Positions 62,405 to 64,000 of a stretch of 64,000 bases of DNA are shown piece after piece. How positions within the stretch are numbered: position 1 is the first letter of the stretch; the number at the start of each line of letters is the position of its first letter. A model generated the notes under the pieces. That model was not told where the DNA came from. It was given only the letters and a program-made list of their open reading frames with translations, and did not search any database. The stretch is from Trichosphaerium sp. ATCC 40318 (taxonomy: Eukaryota; Protista; Tubulinea). Both the position numbers and the translations under genes were made by a program. Location: positions 186,001 to 250,000 of the forward strand of contig JALMLS010000461.1 of the NCBI GenBank assembly GCA_038496445.1, written 5' to 3'.

Positions 62405-64000
62405 TTACAATATTTGTTGCATTGGTTTGATTACGTTGTAATCGGCAACACGCGAGTATTTTGGTAAACTGTACTTTCCATGTACGGCACGGAGCTGTGA
62501 CATAGAAGCACCAGAATGTATATTACAGATAATGGCCATGATGTGTTTTACGGAAGAAAAAGAATAGCCGGTTACTCCCTCCACGTTAAAATTCTAAAGC
62601 AGCAAAAAAAAATAAGCACTTTACAATCTAACGACGAAAGATGACGAATAAACGTACGGAACAATCAATAGATAATGTTGTGAGAGCAAGATATATGATA
62701 GCAGCAGCAATGGTAGATGGATCATACTGCCAAAAAGTTTTGTGCACGAGTGTAGTTTCGGAAAAGTACTACGAAGGAGATAAGGAAAAAGTGTGATACA
62801 ACTTTTAAAAAAAAAAACCCAATAGGGCTGTTTGTGAACAAAGATAGCTAGCGCAGCGCTTGTTTGAAAAGATAAACATACATGACACAAGTGTTGAAAT
62901 ATATCAGATACAGCACAACCAACCAAAAAATGAGAAAGGAAACTATGTACAGTAGAGATTGTGAGCTCAAACTTTAGTGTAACTAAAATCTCCGTTTCCA
63001 TCGTTATTATCTACAACAAAAAACAATTAATAAAAAAATCGAAACACGGACCACTAGTCGTCAATAGATCGACTTGTACCAAAAAAAAATTTTCCGTTTT
63101 TTTGCTAAAAAGCGCGAGGCACAAAAAGTTTTGCCGCTTGCTGTCATAATTACGGCTCGTCTGGGTTCGCCCCTTTAAAGCTATCATATCAAAGCTATTG
63201 CGTACCTGTTCCCGTGTATAAGTGTTATCCGAAATGTAAACAAACTCATCTACTGGAGGTGGGTGTATCTCTTCGTACTTACTAAACAACACTGTTACAA
63301 GATGAACGAATAGAAAAAAACCAAAAGCAAGTTCACATTCATAACAAGAACGAAAAAAAAAAAAGAGGTTGATGAAACAAAACCTAAATATGTACGTATT
63401 TAAAATAAGATCTTATTCTAAATACATAAATGAACATATTTAGAACATTCGTTTTGGGTGTGAACGAAAAACGTTTTAAAGCCCAAGCGGGAACAAAGGG
63501 GTTTTTGAAAAAAGTTAAAAAAAAGGATGCGCCCAAAGGGTAAGAATTGATATGTTCGTTTGATGTTACCGAATGGGATAAGCATCGTTTACGACATAAC
63601 AAAAAAAAAGATAAACGGCAAAAAAAAATCTAAATGCGCTTTTCTTCATTAATGCGATATCAAAAACTCTAAGAACACACGTACGACGCTATAAACATGC
63701 ATGTAATACCAATCAGTTGTAAATCCGATCGTTCTACAGTTCTCAAAGCAGTATAGCGATCAACGTAGTGAACAGCCAAAAATAACGTTTGCCGCCGTAG
63801 TTTATACTCTTCTGCTACTTCTACGAGCCAATCGACTAAAATCGCTCGCATATTGAGATTAATCTGTGTTTGAACTTTTTCAAAAGAATATTGCGACTTG
63901 AAGTTACGTTGCTTCTCCTAAACCAAACGATTTCAAGTTAGCGCGCGGTTTTTTTTTTCAATTTAAATTTGGACAAGGCCGAAAAAAATAGATAGCGCGC
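62405..64000 (-). CDS. A-type cyclin, multi-exon, 5' end outside window
   Basis: [39 protein letters not shown]...[14 protein letters not shown]. Confidence 0.93.

Overview
AT-rich, gene-dense nuclear DNA from a microbial eukaryote (short GT-AG introns; amoeba/protist-like, taxon not identifiable from sequence). Housekeeping genes: 2OG-Fe(II) dioxygenase, arylsulfatase, Cu-transporting P1B-ATPase, aldo-keto reductase, SP-RING/MIZ SUMO ligase, BCS1-like AAA ATPase, TMEM222/RTE1, GatC and cyclin A. These are interleaved with five F-box/LRR paralogs, F-box-SPRY and F-box-MORN genes, an inverted duplication of a lectin-like mucin gene and at least six mobile elements with visible ends. Three things stand out. 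(1) Two divergent ~2.43-kb TTAA-flanked elements (22526-24960, 55026-57450) whose only recognisable gene is a His-Cys-box/His-Me finger endonuclease, with repeat/hairpin DNA and no transposase. (2) One spliced gene joining a PKA-regulatory-subunit-like module (RRFS site, two cNMP domains) in frame to a RhoGEF DH-PH module (13826-17714). (3) A disrupted iodothyronine-deiodinase-like gene that keeps a SECIS-like hairpin. All splicing, folding and alignments were done by eye; no searches were run.
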